A DNA stretch of 40,382 bases from Chthoniobacteraceae bacterium (GTDB taxonomy: Bacteria; Verrucomicrobiota; Verrucomicrobiia; Chthoniobacterales; Chthoniobacteraceae), in contig JAYVRQ010000742.1 in assembly GCA_043776145.1 (NCBI GenBank), positions 1-40,382 of the forward strand. The letters are read 5' to 3'. The notes beneath the pieces were generated by a model that had not been told where the DNA came from, did no database searches, and saw only the letters and a program-made list of their open reading frames with translations. Numbering within the stretch: the first letter of the stretch is position 1; the number at the start of each line of letters is the position of its first letter. Below, piece after piece: positions 8,531-17,295 of the stretch. The position numbers and the translations under genes were made by a program.

Positions 8531-9688
8531 GTGCCTTCCAAGTTCCTCATCGTAGGCGCGGGCTTCTCCGGAGCCGTGCTGGCCAGGGAACTTGCGGAAC
8601 GACTCGGTGCCCGTATCGAAGTCATCGACCAGCGCGACCACCTTGGAGGAAACTGCCATACCGAACGCGATGAGACTTCCGGGGTGATGGTTCACAAATA
8701 TGGCCCGCACATCTTCAACACTTCCCACGAAGATGTCTGGAAGTATGTCAATCGCTTTGGCGAGTTCCGGCCTTTTATCAATCGCGTCAAAGCCGTCAAC
8801 AGACGCGGCGTCTTTTCATTCCCCATCAATCTCCACACGATCAATCAGTTCTTTGGAATCTCACTGTCACCCGATGAAGCCCGCGCCTTTATTGCCAGCA
8901 AGTCCGATCGGTCCATCCACACACCTGCGAATTTCGAGGAGCAGGCGCTGAAGTTTGTCGGTCGTGAACTCTACGAAGCGTTTTTTTACGGATACACCAA
9001 AAAACACTGGGGCTGCGAACCACGGGAACTTCCCGCCTCAATCCTGAAACGCCTTCCCCTCCGGTTTAACTACGACGACAGTTACTACAACAGCCGTCAC
9101 CAAGCTATCCCATCGGAAGGCTACAGCGTCGTCATAGAACGCATCCTCGATCACCCAGACATCCACTTGAGCTTGAACTCCCAATGGGAACCCGCAATGG
9201 CAGGCGATTTTGATCATGTATTTTACAGCGGCCCCCTCGATGAACTCTTCGCCTTCTCGCGAGGCCGACTCGGCTACCGCACCATCCACTTCGAGCGCAT
9301 CGACGCCCAGGGCGACTATCAAGGCAACGCAGTCCTGAACTATACTGCCGAAGAAACCCCGTGGACGCGCATCCATGAACACAAGCACTTCGCCCCATGG
9401 GAAAGCGTGGAACGAACCGTGGCCTTCCGTGAATTTAGCAGGGAAACAGGGAACACGGACATCCCCTATTACCCGAAGCGCCTGACATCGGACATGGCCA
9501 TCCTTCGCAGCTACGAACAAGAACTGGCGGACACGCCAAACGTCACACCCATCGGCCGCCTCGGAACCTACCGCTATCTCGACATGGACCAAGTGATCGG
9601 AGAAGCCCTCGACCTGGCTACCGACACCGTCTTCACAATCCAGAAAAAGGCTCCCATTCCTCAACGGGTCCGTCCCAGACAAAAATAG
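8531..9688 (+). CDS. glf: UDP-galactopyranose mutase
   Basis: FAD Rossmann motif KFLIVGAGFSGAVLARELAE. VMVHKYGPHIFNTSHEDVWKYVNRF and GRLGTYRYLDMDQVI are typical of Glf. GTG start. Confidence 0.92.
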   Translation: MPSKFLIVGAGFSGAVLARELAERLGARIEVIDQRDHLGGNCHTERDETSGVMVHKYGPHIFNTSHEDVWKYVNRFGEFRPFINRVKAVNRRGVFSFPINLHTINQFFGISLSPDEARAFIASKSDRSIHTPANFEEQALKFVGRELYEAFFYGYTKKHWGCEPRELPASILKRLPLRFNYDDSYYNSRHQAIPSEGYSVVIERILDHPDIHLSLNSQWEPAMAGDFDHVFYSGPLDELFAFSRGRLGYRTIHFERIDAQGDYQGNAVLNYTAEETPWTRIHEHKHFAPWESVERTVAFREFSRETGNTDIPYYPKRLTSDMAILRSYEQELADTPNVTPIGRLGTYRYLDMDQVIGEALDLATDTVFTIQKKAPIPQRVRPRQK

Positions 9689-9720
9689 CCCGCGCGCCTT
9701 TTCAACATTTCCGTTACCCA

Positions 9721-10539
9721 ATGCCTCGCCTCATTATCGAAGCCGGTCGTACAGAAAAGCACTATTGGGCCGACCTCTGGCGCTTCCGCGAATTATTCTA
9801 CATTCTCGCATGGCGCGACGTCGCCGTGCGTTACAAGCAAACTGTGGCCGGGGCATTGTGGACAGTAATTCAGCCATTGCTGACCATGATAATCTTCACC
9901 GTCATCTTTGGAAAAGTCGCCAAGCTGCCCGACGAAAATGTCCCATACCCATTGCTCGTTTTAGCCGGAATGCTTCCCTGGCAGTTTTTTTCCGCATCCC
10001 TGTCCGCCGCCAGTCAAAGCGTCGTGACGAACTCAAACCTGATCTCCAAAGTCTATTTTCCCCGCATGATTATCCCCGCCGGGGCGGTCATCACAGCCTT
10101 CGTCGATTTCATGATCTCATTTGTCATCATGGTCGGTATGATGGGTTGGTATCATTTCTGGCCATCCTGGCGCTTGCTCACCCTGCCAGTCTTCATGTGT
10201 GTGGCATTTTTTGCCGCGCTCGGGCCCGGCTTGCTGCTGACAGCATTGACCGTGAGATACCGGGATGTCCGCTTCATTATCCCATTCATTGTGCAGTTCG
10301 GCCTGTACGTCTCTCCCGTCGGCTTCAGCACACTGGTTGTCCCCGACAAATGGCGAATTTTTTACGCGATGAACCCCATGGTGGGCGTCATCGACGGATT
10401 CCGCTGGGCCACTCTCGGAGGCTATGCACGCATCCACATGGAAGGCTTCATCGTCTCCGGCGTCGTCTCCCTGTTCTTGCTGGTTTGCGGCGTAATTTAT
10501 TTCCGCAAAACCGAACGCACCTTCGCGGATGTCATCTGA
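9721..10539 (+). CDS. wzm: ABC-2 type polysaccharide/O-antigen export permease
   Basis: 272 aa with about 6 TM segments. The N-terminal WRFRELFYILAWRDVAVRYKQTVAGALWTVIQPLL is typical of Wzm/TagG/RfbA permeases. It lies directly upstream of the cognate ATPase. Confidence 0.9.
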   Translation: MPRLIIEAGRTEKHYWADLWRFRELFYILAWRDVAVRYKQTVAGALWTVIQPLLTMIIFTVIFGKVAKLPDENVPYPLLVLAGMLPWQFFSASLSAASQSVVTNSNLISKVYFPRMIIPAGAVITAFVDFMISFVIMVGMMGWYHFWPSWRLLTLPVFMCVAFFAALGPGLLLTALTVRYRDVRFIIPFIVQFGLYVSPVGFSTLVVPDKWRIFYAMNPMVGVIDGFRWATLGGYARIHMEGFIVSGVVSLFLLVCGVIYFRKTERTFADVI

Positions 10540-10550
10540 TTTCTTACGGC

Positions 10551-11849
10551 ATGTCTGATACCGCCATTCGCGTGGAGAACCTCTCGAAAAAATACACGCT
10601 ACGTCATCTACAACCGAAGGCTCAAGGGTTGCGCCATGCTCTTGAGGACACGGTGAGTGGGCCTTGGCGGGCCATCACGAATTGGACAAAGCAAAAAACT
10701 GGTGGCCATGGCGACACCGGCACGTCAATTTTCACCTGTGTCTCTCCGCCGGAGGAAGATTTTTGGGCTCTGAAGGATGTCTCATTCGAGGTCAAACGCG
10801 GCGAGGTGCTGGGCATCATTGGACAAAACGGATCTGGAAAAAGCACACTCTTAAAGATTCTCAGCCGGATCACGGAACCGACAACCGGGCGGATTGAAAT
10901 TGAAGGGCGTGTGGCTAGTCTGCTTGAGGTCGGGACCGGGTTTCACCCGGAACTCACCGGACGCGAAAATATTTTCCTCAACGGAGCGATTTTAGGAATG
11001 AGCCGCGCTGAAATTAGGAAACGTTTCGACGAAATTGTATCATTCGCTGAAGTCGAGAAGTTTCTGGATACTCCTGTTAAACGTTATTCGAGTGGGATGC
11101 ATGTCCGACTTGCTTTTGCAGTGGCTGCTCATATCGATCCCGAAATCCTAATTGTAGATGAAGTCCTGGCCGTCGGAGACGCTGAATTCCAAAGAAAATG
11201 CCTTGGAAAAATGCAGGAAGTCGCGAGCGGAATGGGACGAACTGTTCTTTTTGTGAGCCATAACATGGGAGCCGTGCGCAACCTTTGTCGCACCGGGCTT
11301 GTTTTGAAAAATGGCTGCGTGATGTCCGCCGGCAGCGTTGACGAAGCGATTTTCAGCTACTCTGCACTGACGGATTCGGACTCCGGATCCGATCTCCGTC
11401 CCAATCCAAACAAGCCGGCGTGCCTGCTGTCCGTCAGGTTGACCGACGAAAGCGGGAACTCCTTAAATGTCTGGGACTCCTCGCGCTCGGCCAGGCTGTA
11501 CATCCGTTTTCAGATTAACAAAGTGATACCAAGAATCGAAGTATCCGTAAGGGTCGAAACGATGGACGGAAACTTAGCCGGCACCGCCTTTTTAAGTCAT
11601 GGCCTTGAACATTCGCTTCCAAACAATTTAGGAGAGCATCAGATCGTGGCGACGCTGAATCCCGCGTGCTTCGTTCCCGGCCGCTACCAACTAACCGCTT
11701 GGTTGCACGACCCCATGATTGAGCTTTTTGATTTTCATCAACGTGTTCTCTCCTTTGATGTTATCAATCCACTAGTTGATTTTGCCCCGTTGGGTGGCAA
11801 TTCCCTTCTGGGTCCGGTTCTCTTTCATATGCCATCGGAAATGGTGTAA
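10551..11849 (+). CDS. wzt: Polysaccharide/O-antigen ABC exporter ATP-binding protein with C-terminal glycan-binding-type extension
   Basis: FWALKDVSFEVKRGEVLGIIGQNGSGKSTLLK (Walker A), YSSGMHVRLAFA (signature) and ILIVDEVLAVGD (Walker B). A roughly 170-aa beta-rich extension follows (about nt 11330-11849). The track ORF 9765-11849 runs in a different frame from wzm across the wzm region, and ATG 10551 (MSDTAIRVENLSKKY) is the credible start. Confidence 0.9.
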   Translation: MSDTAIRVENLSKKYTLRHLQPKAQGLRHALEDTVSGPWRAITNWTKQKTGGHGDTGTSIFTCVSPPEEDFWALKDVSFEVKRGEVLGIIGQNGSGKSTLLKILSRITEPTTGRIEIEGRVASLLEVGTGFHPELTGRENIFLNGAILGMSRAEIRKRFDEIVSFAEVEKFLDTPVKRYSSGMHVRLAFAVAAHIDPEILIVDEVLAVGDAEFQRKCLGKMQEVASGMGRTVLFVSHNMGAVRNLCRTGLVLKNGCVMSAGSVDEAIFSYSALTDSDSGSDLRPNPNKPACLLSVRLTDESGNSLNVWDSSRSARLYIRFQINKVIPRIEVSVRVETMDGNLAGTAFLSHGLEHSLPNNLGEHQIVATLNPACFVPGRYQLTAWLHDPMIELFDFHQRVLSFDVINPLVDFAPLGGNSLLGPVLFHMPSEMV

Positions 11850-11887
11850 GAATCGAGATACAAATTCGCCAATATTCTGACAAAGCG

Positions 11888-12760
11888 ATGTGGAATAAAT
11901 TAGGCAGTTCACTCCTTAAACTAAAGAGTCTCAAGGCGGCCATAGACCTGTCCGGGCGGGGTGCAACGCTCTCAGCACGCATCCTGCAAGAACAGTTTAC
12001 TCAAGCCATCCTTGCAGATGTTCGCTATTCGAGCCCGCTTTCACTTGCACGCTCCCGTTTTCAGGTGTTTTCCCAATTCGGTCAGGATGGCATGATTGCA
12101 GAAATTTTCCGACGGATCGGCATTCAATATCATCGCTTCGTCGAGATCGGAGTCGCACCGTTGGAAAGTAATACCACCTTTCTTCTCTTGCAAGGATGGG
12201 ATGGGCTCTGGGTCGATCCCTCCCTGCCAGCCGACGGCAGCCTCCCCGTCGGCGTTCGCGCTTTAATCAATGAAAAGCGCCTCTCCATCTCCCGCGCATT
12301 CGTCAATCGCGAGAATATTCTGGCACTCTTAAAAGAACACGCAGCTGATTCAGACATCGACTTTCTCTCCATCGACATTGACTATAACACTTATCATGTT
12401 TGGGAGGAAGTCGCCCGATTGCGTCCGCGTGCCATTTGCGCCGAATATAACTCACACATCCCGCCTGATGTCCACTGGATTGCTCCTTACCTTCCGGACG
12501 GTGTCTGGGATGATACGATTGTTTATGGGGCAAGTTTGAAGTCGTTTGAGATTGCAGGCAGTGAACTTGGCTATTGCCTCGTGGGCTGCGAACTGTGTGG
12601 GACGGATGCATTTTTTGTAAGAAAAGACTTGTTGAACGATTACTTCCTCTCGCCGTTTGGTGCGGAGCAACATTACGAGCCCCCCCGCCTGTTTCTATCT
12701 ACACCACCCGGACATAAAAAAGGCTTTCCTGCAAGCATCCCTTCACGGGCGATCATGTGA
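11888..12760 (+). CDS. Hypothetical protein, possibly an FkbM-like SAM-dependent methyltransferase
   Basis: FSQFGQDGMIAEIFRRIG ... FVEIGVAPLESNTTFLLLQGWDGLWVD ... DFLSIDIDYNTYHVWEE resembles the SQxG(E/Q)D / FVEIG / IDIDG pattern of Methyltransf_21-like proteins in glycan loci. The assignment is by eye only. Confidence 0.45.
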   Translation: MWNKLGSSLLKLKSLKAAIDLSGRGATLSARILQEQFTQAILADVRYSSPLSLARSRFQVFSQFGQDGMIAEIFRRIGIQYHRFVEIGVAPLESNTTFLLLQGWDGLWVDPSLPADGSLPVGVRALINEKRLSISRAFVNRENILALLKEHAADSDIDFLSIDIDYNTYHVWEEVARLRPRAICAEYNSHIPPDVHWIAPYLPDGVWDDTIVYGASLKSFEIAGSELGYCLVGCELCGTDAFFVRKDLLNDYFLSPFGAEQHYEPPRLFLSTPPGHKKGFPASIPSRAIM

Positions 12761-13983
12761 ATATTTGCATCCTGTCTCCAGTTAGCGGTGCAGCTGGTGG
12801 GGGGACGGCTGCCTACATCCGGTGTCTGGGTAACCGGCTGGCGCTTGCCGGTCATCGCGTGACCGGGATTGCCCGCCTCCGTGTCGATAATAGCCGTTCG
12901 CTGGCTTATGCCGAGTCCGATGCTCACGACGGCAAGCCAGAGCCGCTCCTTAGCTTCTCTGGTTGGGACTGCGATTTGATTTCTCCCATGCCGATGCTGG
13001 CTCCGATCCTCGGAAGGCTCCTTCCTCTTCTTAGCCGGCCTGTCGTCAACCATGTGGCAGAGCGCCTGTTTCGCACTGCCTACCTTGGTTCACTCGAACG
13101 CAAAATCCCGGCAGACACGGAGATTATTCACTACGTCGGCACAGGATGGGAACTGCTCGGTTTTACCGCCTGCACAGTGGCACGCCGAATGGACGTGCGC
13201 TTAACGGCAACCCCCTTTGTGCATCCCGAAACGTGGGGTGACAGTCGCGTGGATATTCGCTTCTATAATCAGACCGATGCCGTTCTGGTGTGCTCGGAAT
13301 ACGAGCGTGCGCATTTGGTCAAAAAGGGCGTCAACGCCGCCATTCTTCAGCGGACCTTCATGGCTCCCGCCGCCACGCCGGAGGGCGATGCGGCTCGCTT
13401 CCGCCAAAGGCATCGGCTGGGCGAGCGCCCACTTGTCCTCTTTCTCGCGCGCAAGAAGCAATACAAAGGCTACCACGCGTTACGCTCCGCCATGACGACC
13501 GTGTTGAAAGCGGTGCCAGATGCGTGTTTGATAGCCGCCGGTGAAGATGGCGAACTCCCCTATCCGACGATGCCGGAAGGTAGTTTTCTTGATCTCGGAG
13601 AACTAAAGCCAACGCCCCTCGATTCCCAGCACAAGGCCGATGCCCTGGCGGCTTGCGATGTTTATTGCATGCCTTCCACAGCAGAGGCTTTCGGTCTGGT
13701 CTATGTCGAAGCGTGGTCGTACGGAAAGCCTGTCGTCGGAGGATTGGCACCCGCCCTGGCCGAATTAATTCTTGATGATGTGAATGGCTATCGTGTCGAA
13801 CAGCGGGAAGACCAGATCGCTAACCGTCTCATCCGTTTGCTCACGGATGTTTCACTCAGGCAACGGTTGGGAGACGAGGGCCGGCGCATCCAGCGCGAGA
13901 AGTGTACTTGGGATGCCGTAACGAATGATCACATGTCACTCTGGAATTCTTTAGTACAAAATATAAAAGGTAAAAATACATGA
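12757..13983 (+). CDS. Glycosyltransferase, GT-B fold (GT4-like)
   Basis: FLARKKQYKGYHAL ... STAEAFGLVYVEAWSYGKPVVGG (E-x7-E region). The GTG start overlaps the previous stop (GTGA). Confidence 0.85.
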   Translation: MNICILSPVSGAAGGGTAAYIRCLGNRLALAGHRVTGIARLRVDNSRSLAYAESDAHDGKPEPLLSFSGWDCDLISPMPMLAPILGRLLPLLSRPVVNHVAERLFRTAYLGSLERKIPADTEIIHYVGTGWELLGFTACTVARRMDVRLTATPFVHPETWGDSRVDIRFYNQTDAVLVCSEYERAHLVKKGVNAAILQRTFMAPAATPEGDAARFRQRHRLGERPLVLFLARKKQYKGYHALRSAMTTVLKAVPDACLIAAGEDGELPYPTMPEGSFLDLGELKPTPLDSQHKADALAACDVYCMPSTAEAFGLVYVEAWSYGKPVVGGLAPALAELILDDVNGYRVEQREDQIANRLIRLLTDVSLRQRLGDEGRRIQREKCTWDAVTNDHMSLWNSLVQNIKGKNT

Positions 13984-14978
13984 AAGCAGTCGTTACAGGT
14001 GCAGCCGGATTTATCGGGACAAATACGATCATTCGACTCGTGGAACGCGATTTCCATGTCATCGGCGTGGACTCACTCTCCCGACGCGGCACGGAAGTGA
14101 ACCTGGAGATGCTGAAAAATCGATTCCCTTCGCTGGATGTCCGCAAACGCGAGATCGAAGACATGGCCGCAGTCATTTATCGCGAGCGACCGGACATCGT
14201 ATTTCATTTTGCCGCGCAAGTGGCCGTGACCTCGAGTGTCGAAAGCCCTGCCCGAGATTTTAAGATCAATGCGGAAGGTTCCTTTCAGATCGCCCGTGCG
14301 GCGTCGGACATTGGATCTGCAATCATCTATACTTCTACGAACAAGGTCTATGGTGACAATGTAAATCATGTGGAAATCGTCGAGCAAGAGACGCGTTATG
14401 ATTACGGTCCTGAGTTTTCCGGTCGGGGTTTGCCTGAAACATTCTCGATTGATTCCGCGCACCACACTCCCTACGGCATCTCGAAGCTGGTGGGCGAACT
14501 ATACGTCCGTGAGTTCGGCGGCATTGCCAACCGCTGCTCGTGTATGTATGGCCCGAATCAATTTGGCATCGTGGATCAAGGATGGATCTCCCACATCGCC
14601 ACGAATCAGATCGTTGACCGCCCCACGATCATCTATGGCGATGGCAAGCAGGTGCGCGATGCCCTCCATGTCGATGATGTCGTCCATTTGCTGCTGCTGC
14701 AGGCTGAGAAACTTTTGGGAAGAGAGAAAAGTGCCTACGCAGGGCACGTCTTTAATGTGGGCGGCGGGCCGGACAAGACCATCTCCTTGATCGAGCTTTG
14801 CCATCTCTGGGGCATCGCCCCCCAATTCGGATCGTGGCGCCCGGCAGACCAAAAAGTCTTTTATTGCGATATTTCCAAGGCGAAGCGACTGCTGAACTGG
14901 GCTCCAAAAATCGGCCTCCGGGAAGGTTTGTCTGACTTATATCGGTGGACTGAAAAGACACTAAATTCCGGTAGATGA
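13980..14978 (+). CDS. NAD-dependent sugar-nucleotide epimerase, CDP-paratose/tyvelose 2-epimerase (RfbE/Tyv)-like SDR
   Basis: MKAVVTGAAGFIGTN (Rossmann), YTSTNKVYGD and YGISK (YxxxK). CSCMYGPNQFGIVDQGWISH and GDGKQVRDALHVDD closely follow the Tyv-family pattern. ATGA overlap with the upstream gene. Confidence 0.85.
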   Translation: MKAVVTGAAGFIGTNTIIRLVERDFHVIGVDSLSRRGTEVNLEMLKNRFPSLDVRKREIEDMAAVIYRERPDIVFHFAAQVAVTSSVESPARDFKINAEGSFQIARAASDIGSAIIYTSTNKVYGDNVNHVEIVEQETRYDYGPEFSGRGLPETFSIDSAHHTPYGISKLVGELYVREFGGIANRCSCMYGPNQFGIVDQGWISHIATNQIVDRPTIIYGDGKQVRDALHVDDVVHLLLLQAEKLLGREKSAYAGHVFNVGGGPDKTISLIELCHLWGIAPQFGSWRPADQKVFYCDISKAKRLLNWAPKIGLREGLSDLYRWTEKTLNSGR

Positions 14979-15137
14979 AACAATTGTCACAACTCAAGGA
15001 ACTTATTGAGCGCGATTGTGTCGTAATACTCAGGGCCAATAATCTGGAGGTCACTCCCGCCGAGAGCTATAGGTGACGGGCTGCCTTTGTAGACTATTTC
15101 AGGCGCGTGGTGAGTGTTAGTGTTTTGATGGGACGCA

Positions 15138-16076
15138 ATGTCCTTCATTTTTAAAGTATCCCGGGTCATGAAAACACCTTCGATAAGCATCGTGATACCT
15201 ACCCGTGACCGCGTCGTTGACCTCTCCATCTGTTTGACGGCCTTGACGAGCCAAGTCCCGACCGACGGCTCTGTAGAAATCCTGATCTGTGACGATGGAC
15301 ATAGCAGCGAGACACGGGAAAAACTCACCAAGAGTTTTCCTACAGCAGCCTGGCATCAGGGCCCAAAGATTGGACCAGCCGCTAATCGGAACGTGGGCGC
15401 ACACTATGCCAAGGGAAGGTGGATTATTTTTCTTGATGATGACGTGATTCCCGATCGGAGTTTTTTTGCGACGTATCTTGCCGCCATCTCCTGCCACTCG
15501 AACAATCGCTCTGTCCTCTGCGGTGCAACCTTCCGGACGGAGACGCCGCGATCTCTGCTCTGGGAGGCACCACACAACCCGGACGGCCGGCATGTGATCT
15601 CCTGCAACATGGCATTGTCGAAAGAGCTGTTCCTAGATTTGAGAGGCTTTGACGAACGATTTCCAACCGCCGCCTTCGAGGATACGGAGTTCGAGGCTAG
15701 GATTAAATGCCTTTCCATTCCCGTTCAGTTTGTTGCAGGAGCAAGAGTATATCATTCGCTTAGATTGTGCGCCGAGCCCGCTAACTTGGCCAAACGGTGG
15801 GAAGCCCGCGTAATTTATGCGTTCGATTTGGGGGCCACGCCGGTGAATGTCCTATGGCGCCTCCCCGTACACGTCGCGAAAGTAATTATATCCCGCTTTC
15901 GCGGCCAGAAATGGAAATGGGAGAATGTGCAGGCGGCGGGTTGCTTTGCGTTGGAGTGTTTGTTGGTGTTGTGGCATCTTCCCTCATGGTTGGTAAAGCA
16001 TTGGAGGGGAAGACGCAGCAGTTTTTGGAAAGCACGATGGGCGGGAGAAAAACTGCACCCTAAATTCGGTTTCTGA
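15138..16076 (+). CDS. Glycosyltransferase family 2
   Basis: PSISIVIPTRDR, DDGHSSETRE and FLDDDVIP (DxD). An alternative start at ATG 15168 (MKTPSISIV) is equally plausible. Confidence 0.85.
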   Translation: MSFIFKVSRVMKTPSISIVIPTRDRVVDLSICLTALTSQVPTDGSVEILICDDGHSSETREKLTKSFPTAAWHQGPKIGPAANRNVGAHYAKGRWIIFLDDDVIPDRSFFATYLAAISCHSNNRSVLCGATFRTETPRSLLWEAPHNPDGRHVISCNMALSKELFLDLRGFDERFPTAAFEDTEFEARIKCLSIPVQFVAGARVYHSLRLCAEPANLAKRWEARVIYAFDLGATPVNVLWRLPVHVAKVIISRFRGQKWKWENVQAAGCFALECLLVLWHLPSWLVKHWRGRRSSFWKARWAGEKLHPKFGF

Positions 16077-16098
16077 AGTCCTTTCGAGAATATCCACA

Positions 16099-16950
16099 TT
16101 GAGCCGCCCCCTGAATGCAATTTTGCGCCCGCTGCGGGATGCATGTCTAAAAAAAATCGCAGGGGCAATTTTTGGCGCACCAATCATCGTTCACTGGGGA
16201 ATGCACAAGGCTATGACAGGCTATTACACCGAAGTGATGCTCGAACTTAGAAAGAGGACAGGACTACGTTTCTCAGCGTTTTACGATTCGACAGATGGTT
16301 TGGATAGAGAAATAGATCGAATGGCCCGCGTATCATCTTCGGTTTTGCTCCTTTCCGATCTCCTCAATACTCAAGTTAACGATGGTACCCCTTTCATTGG
16401 GAGCCGTACTCTCCGTGATCCGCGAGATTTGGCGGTCTCCGGTTATTTTTACCATCTGCGAAGCAATGAAGAATGGCTGTCCCGAACGGACTTCAAATGG
16501 GAGAAACTGACTGATGACCCTTGTTTCGCGAAGTGGTTCGATCTGAAGTTCAGTAATTGGTGTGGAAAGAGTTATTCGGAAGTTCTTAAATCCATGAGCC
16601 AAAAAGACGGAATTGCCTTGGAAATAGTCAGAATAGCTCCCTGCGTGCGAAAAATGGAGAAAATCACAATGAGTGATAAATCCATTCTACAAATCAACTT
16701 TGAGCAAATCGTTGGCAATGAAGTTGCAAGCTTTTCCAAGTTTTTTCAGCACTATCAATTGAATCCGAAGTATCTGAATGCTGCACTTGAAACAGTCGAA
16801 GTTTTATCCGCACACAACCGTAGAAAATGTAACCCGCACATCCGGGCAACTGAAATTGGCGAGTGGACCACCGTGCTGGACACTTCGCATAAAAATCTGA
16901 TCGACTCAGAACTTCGGCTCGCTCTCATCAACGGCGGCTATAGTCCATAA
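16099..16950 (+). CDS. Sulfotransferase family protein (PAPS-dependent type)
   Basis: APIIVHWGMHKAMTGYY looks like a 5'-PSB loop. TLRDPRDLAVSGYFYH matches the 3'-PB motif (RDPRDxxVSxYxH). HIRATEIGEWTTVL resembles the RKGxxG(D/E)W motif. TTG start, with no in-frame ATG upstream of the PSB loop. Confidence 0.75.
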   Translation: MSRPLNAILRPLRDACLKKIAGAIFGAPIIVHWGMHKAMTGYYTEVMLELRKRTGLRFSAFYDSTDGLDREIDRMARVSSSVLLLSDLLNTQVNDGTPFIGSRTLRDPRDLAVSGYFYHLRSNEEWLSRTDFKWEKLTDDPCFAKWFDLKFSNWCGKSYSEVLKSMSQKDGIALEIVRIAPCVRKMEKITMSDKSILQINFEQIVGNEVASFSKFFQHYQLNPKYLNAALETVEVLSAHNRRKCNPHIRATEIGEWTTVLDTSHKNLIDSELRLALINGGYSP

Positions 16951-16955
16951 GATAC

Positions 16956-17231
16956 TTAGAAGCCTGGCCGAGGCATTACCCCGCCCTGCCAATTGAGCAA
17001 CCGGTCCGTGTTCGTGACGCGGAAAGCGCCATGCGGTAGATTCGGCGGCAAACGCCGCAGCAAGCTAAAATGGCGGGCGACTCTTGTGGTAGCCCACAAC
17101 ATTTTTTGCAAGAACTCATCATGGATCGTTCGCATCACCCATCACACGTCATAAGCGGCGGCAACTTCAACTGCCGATAGGTTCCGCTTGATAGCACCAG
17201 TATAATCGCTCGCCTCGAACGGCTTGTCCAT
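16956..17231 (-). pseudogene. Possible degraded gene remnant(s) in the 345-nt spacer, function unknown
   Basis: Two short minus-strand reading frames lie in different frames. The first is MDKPFEASDYTGAIKRNLSAVEVAAAYDV-stop (17231-17142). The second is the 60-aa ORF 17138-16956. There is no intact gene, and this is the largest non-coding gap in the locus. Confidence 0.2.
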
Positions 17232-17295
17232 GCTGTCGCTTCCCTCCCGAGAATCTCAGTCTAATCCACATGGGTAATTCTAAGCCGCCAATTTC

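Noticed and set aside
9765-10550. The 5' 262 codons of the 694-aa track ORF run out of frame across wzm and continue into wzt. This could suggest a fused or frameshifted protein.
   Set aside because: This part translates to Arg-rich nonsense (MGRPLALPRIILHSRMARRRRALQ...). The wzm frame gives a clean ABC-2 permease, and wzt has a proper ATG (10551) with the conserved N-terminus.
14987-15331. A 114-aa minus-strand ORF spans the epimerase-GT2 spacer and the 5' end of the GT2 gene. Its tail (PEIVYKGSPSPIALGGSDLQIIGPEYYDTIALNKFLEL) looks protein-like.
   Set aside because: Most of it is antisense to a well-supported GT2 gene. The spacer part is too short to assign, so I did not annotate it as a remnant.
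17032-17039. TGCGGTAG in the 345-nt spacer is a 7/8 match to the ops element (GGCGGTAG) that recruits RfaH in enterobacterial polysaccharide operons.
   Set aside because: It is an imperfect single short match that is easily expected by chance. The ops/RfaH system is characterised in Proteobacteria, and there is no supporting JUMPStart context in a PVC-like genome.
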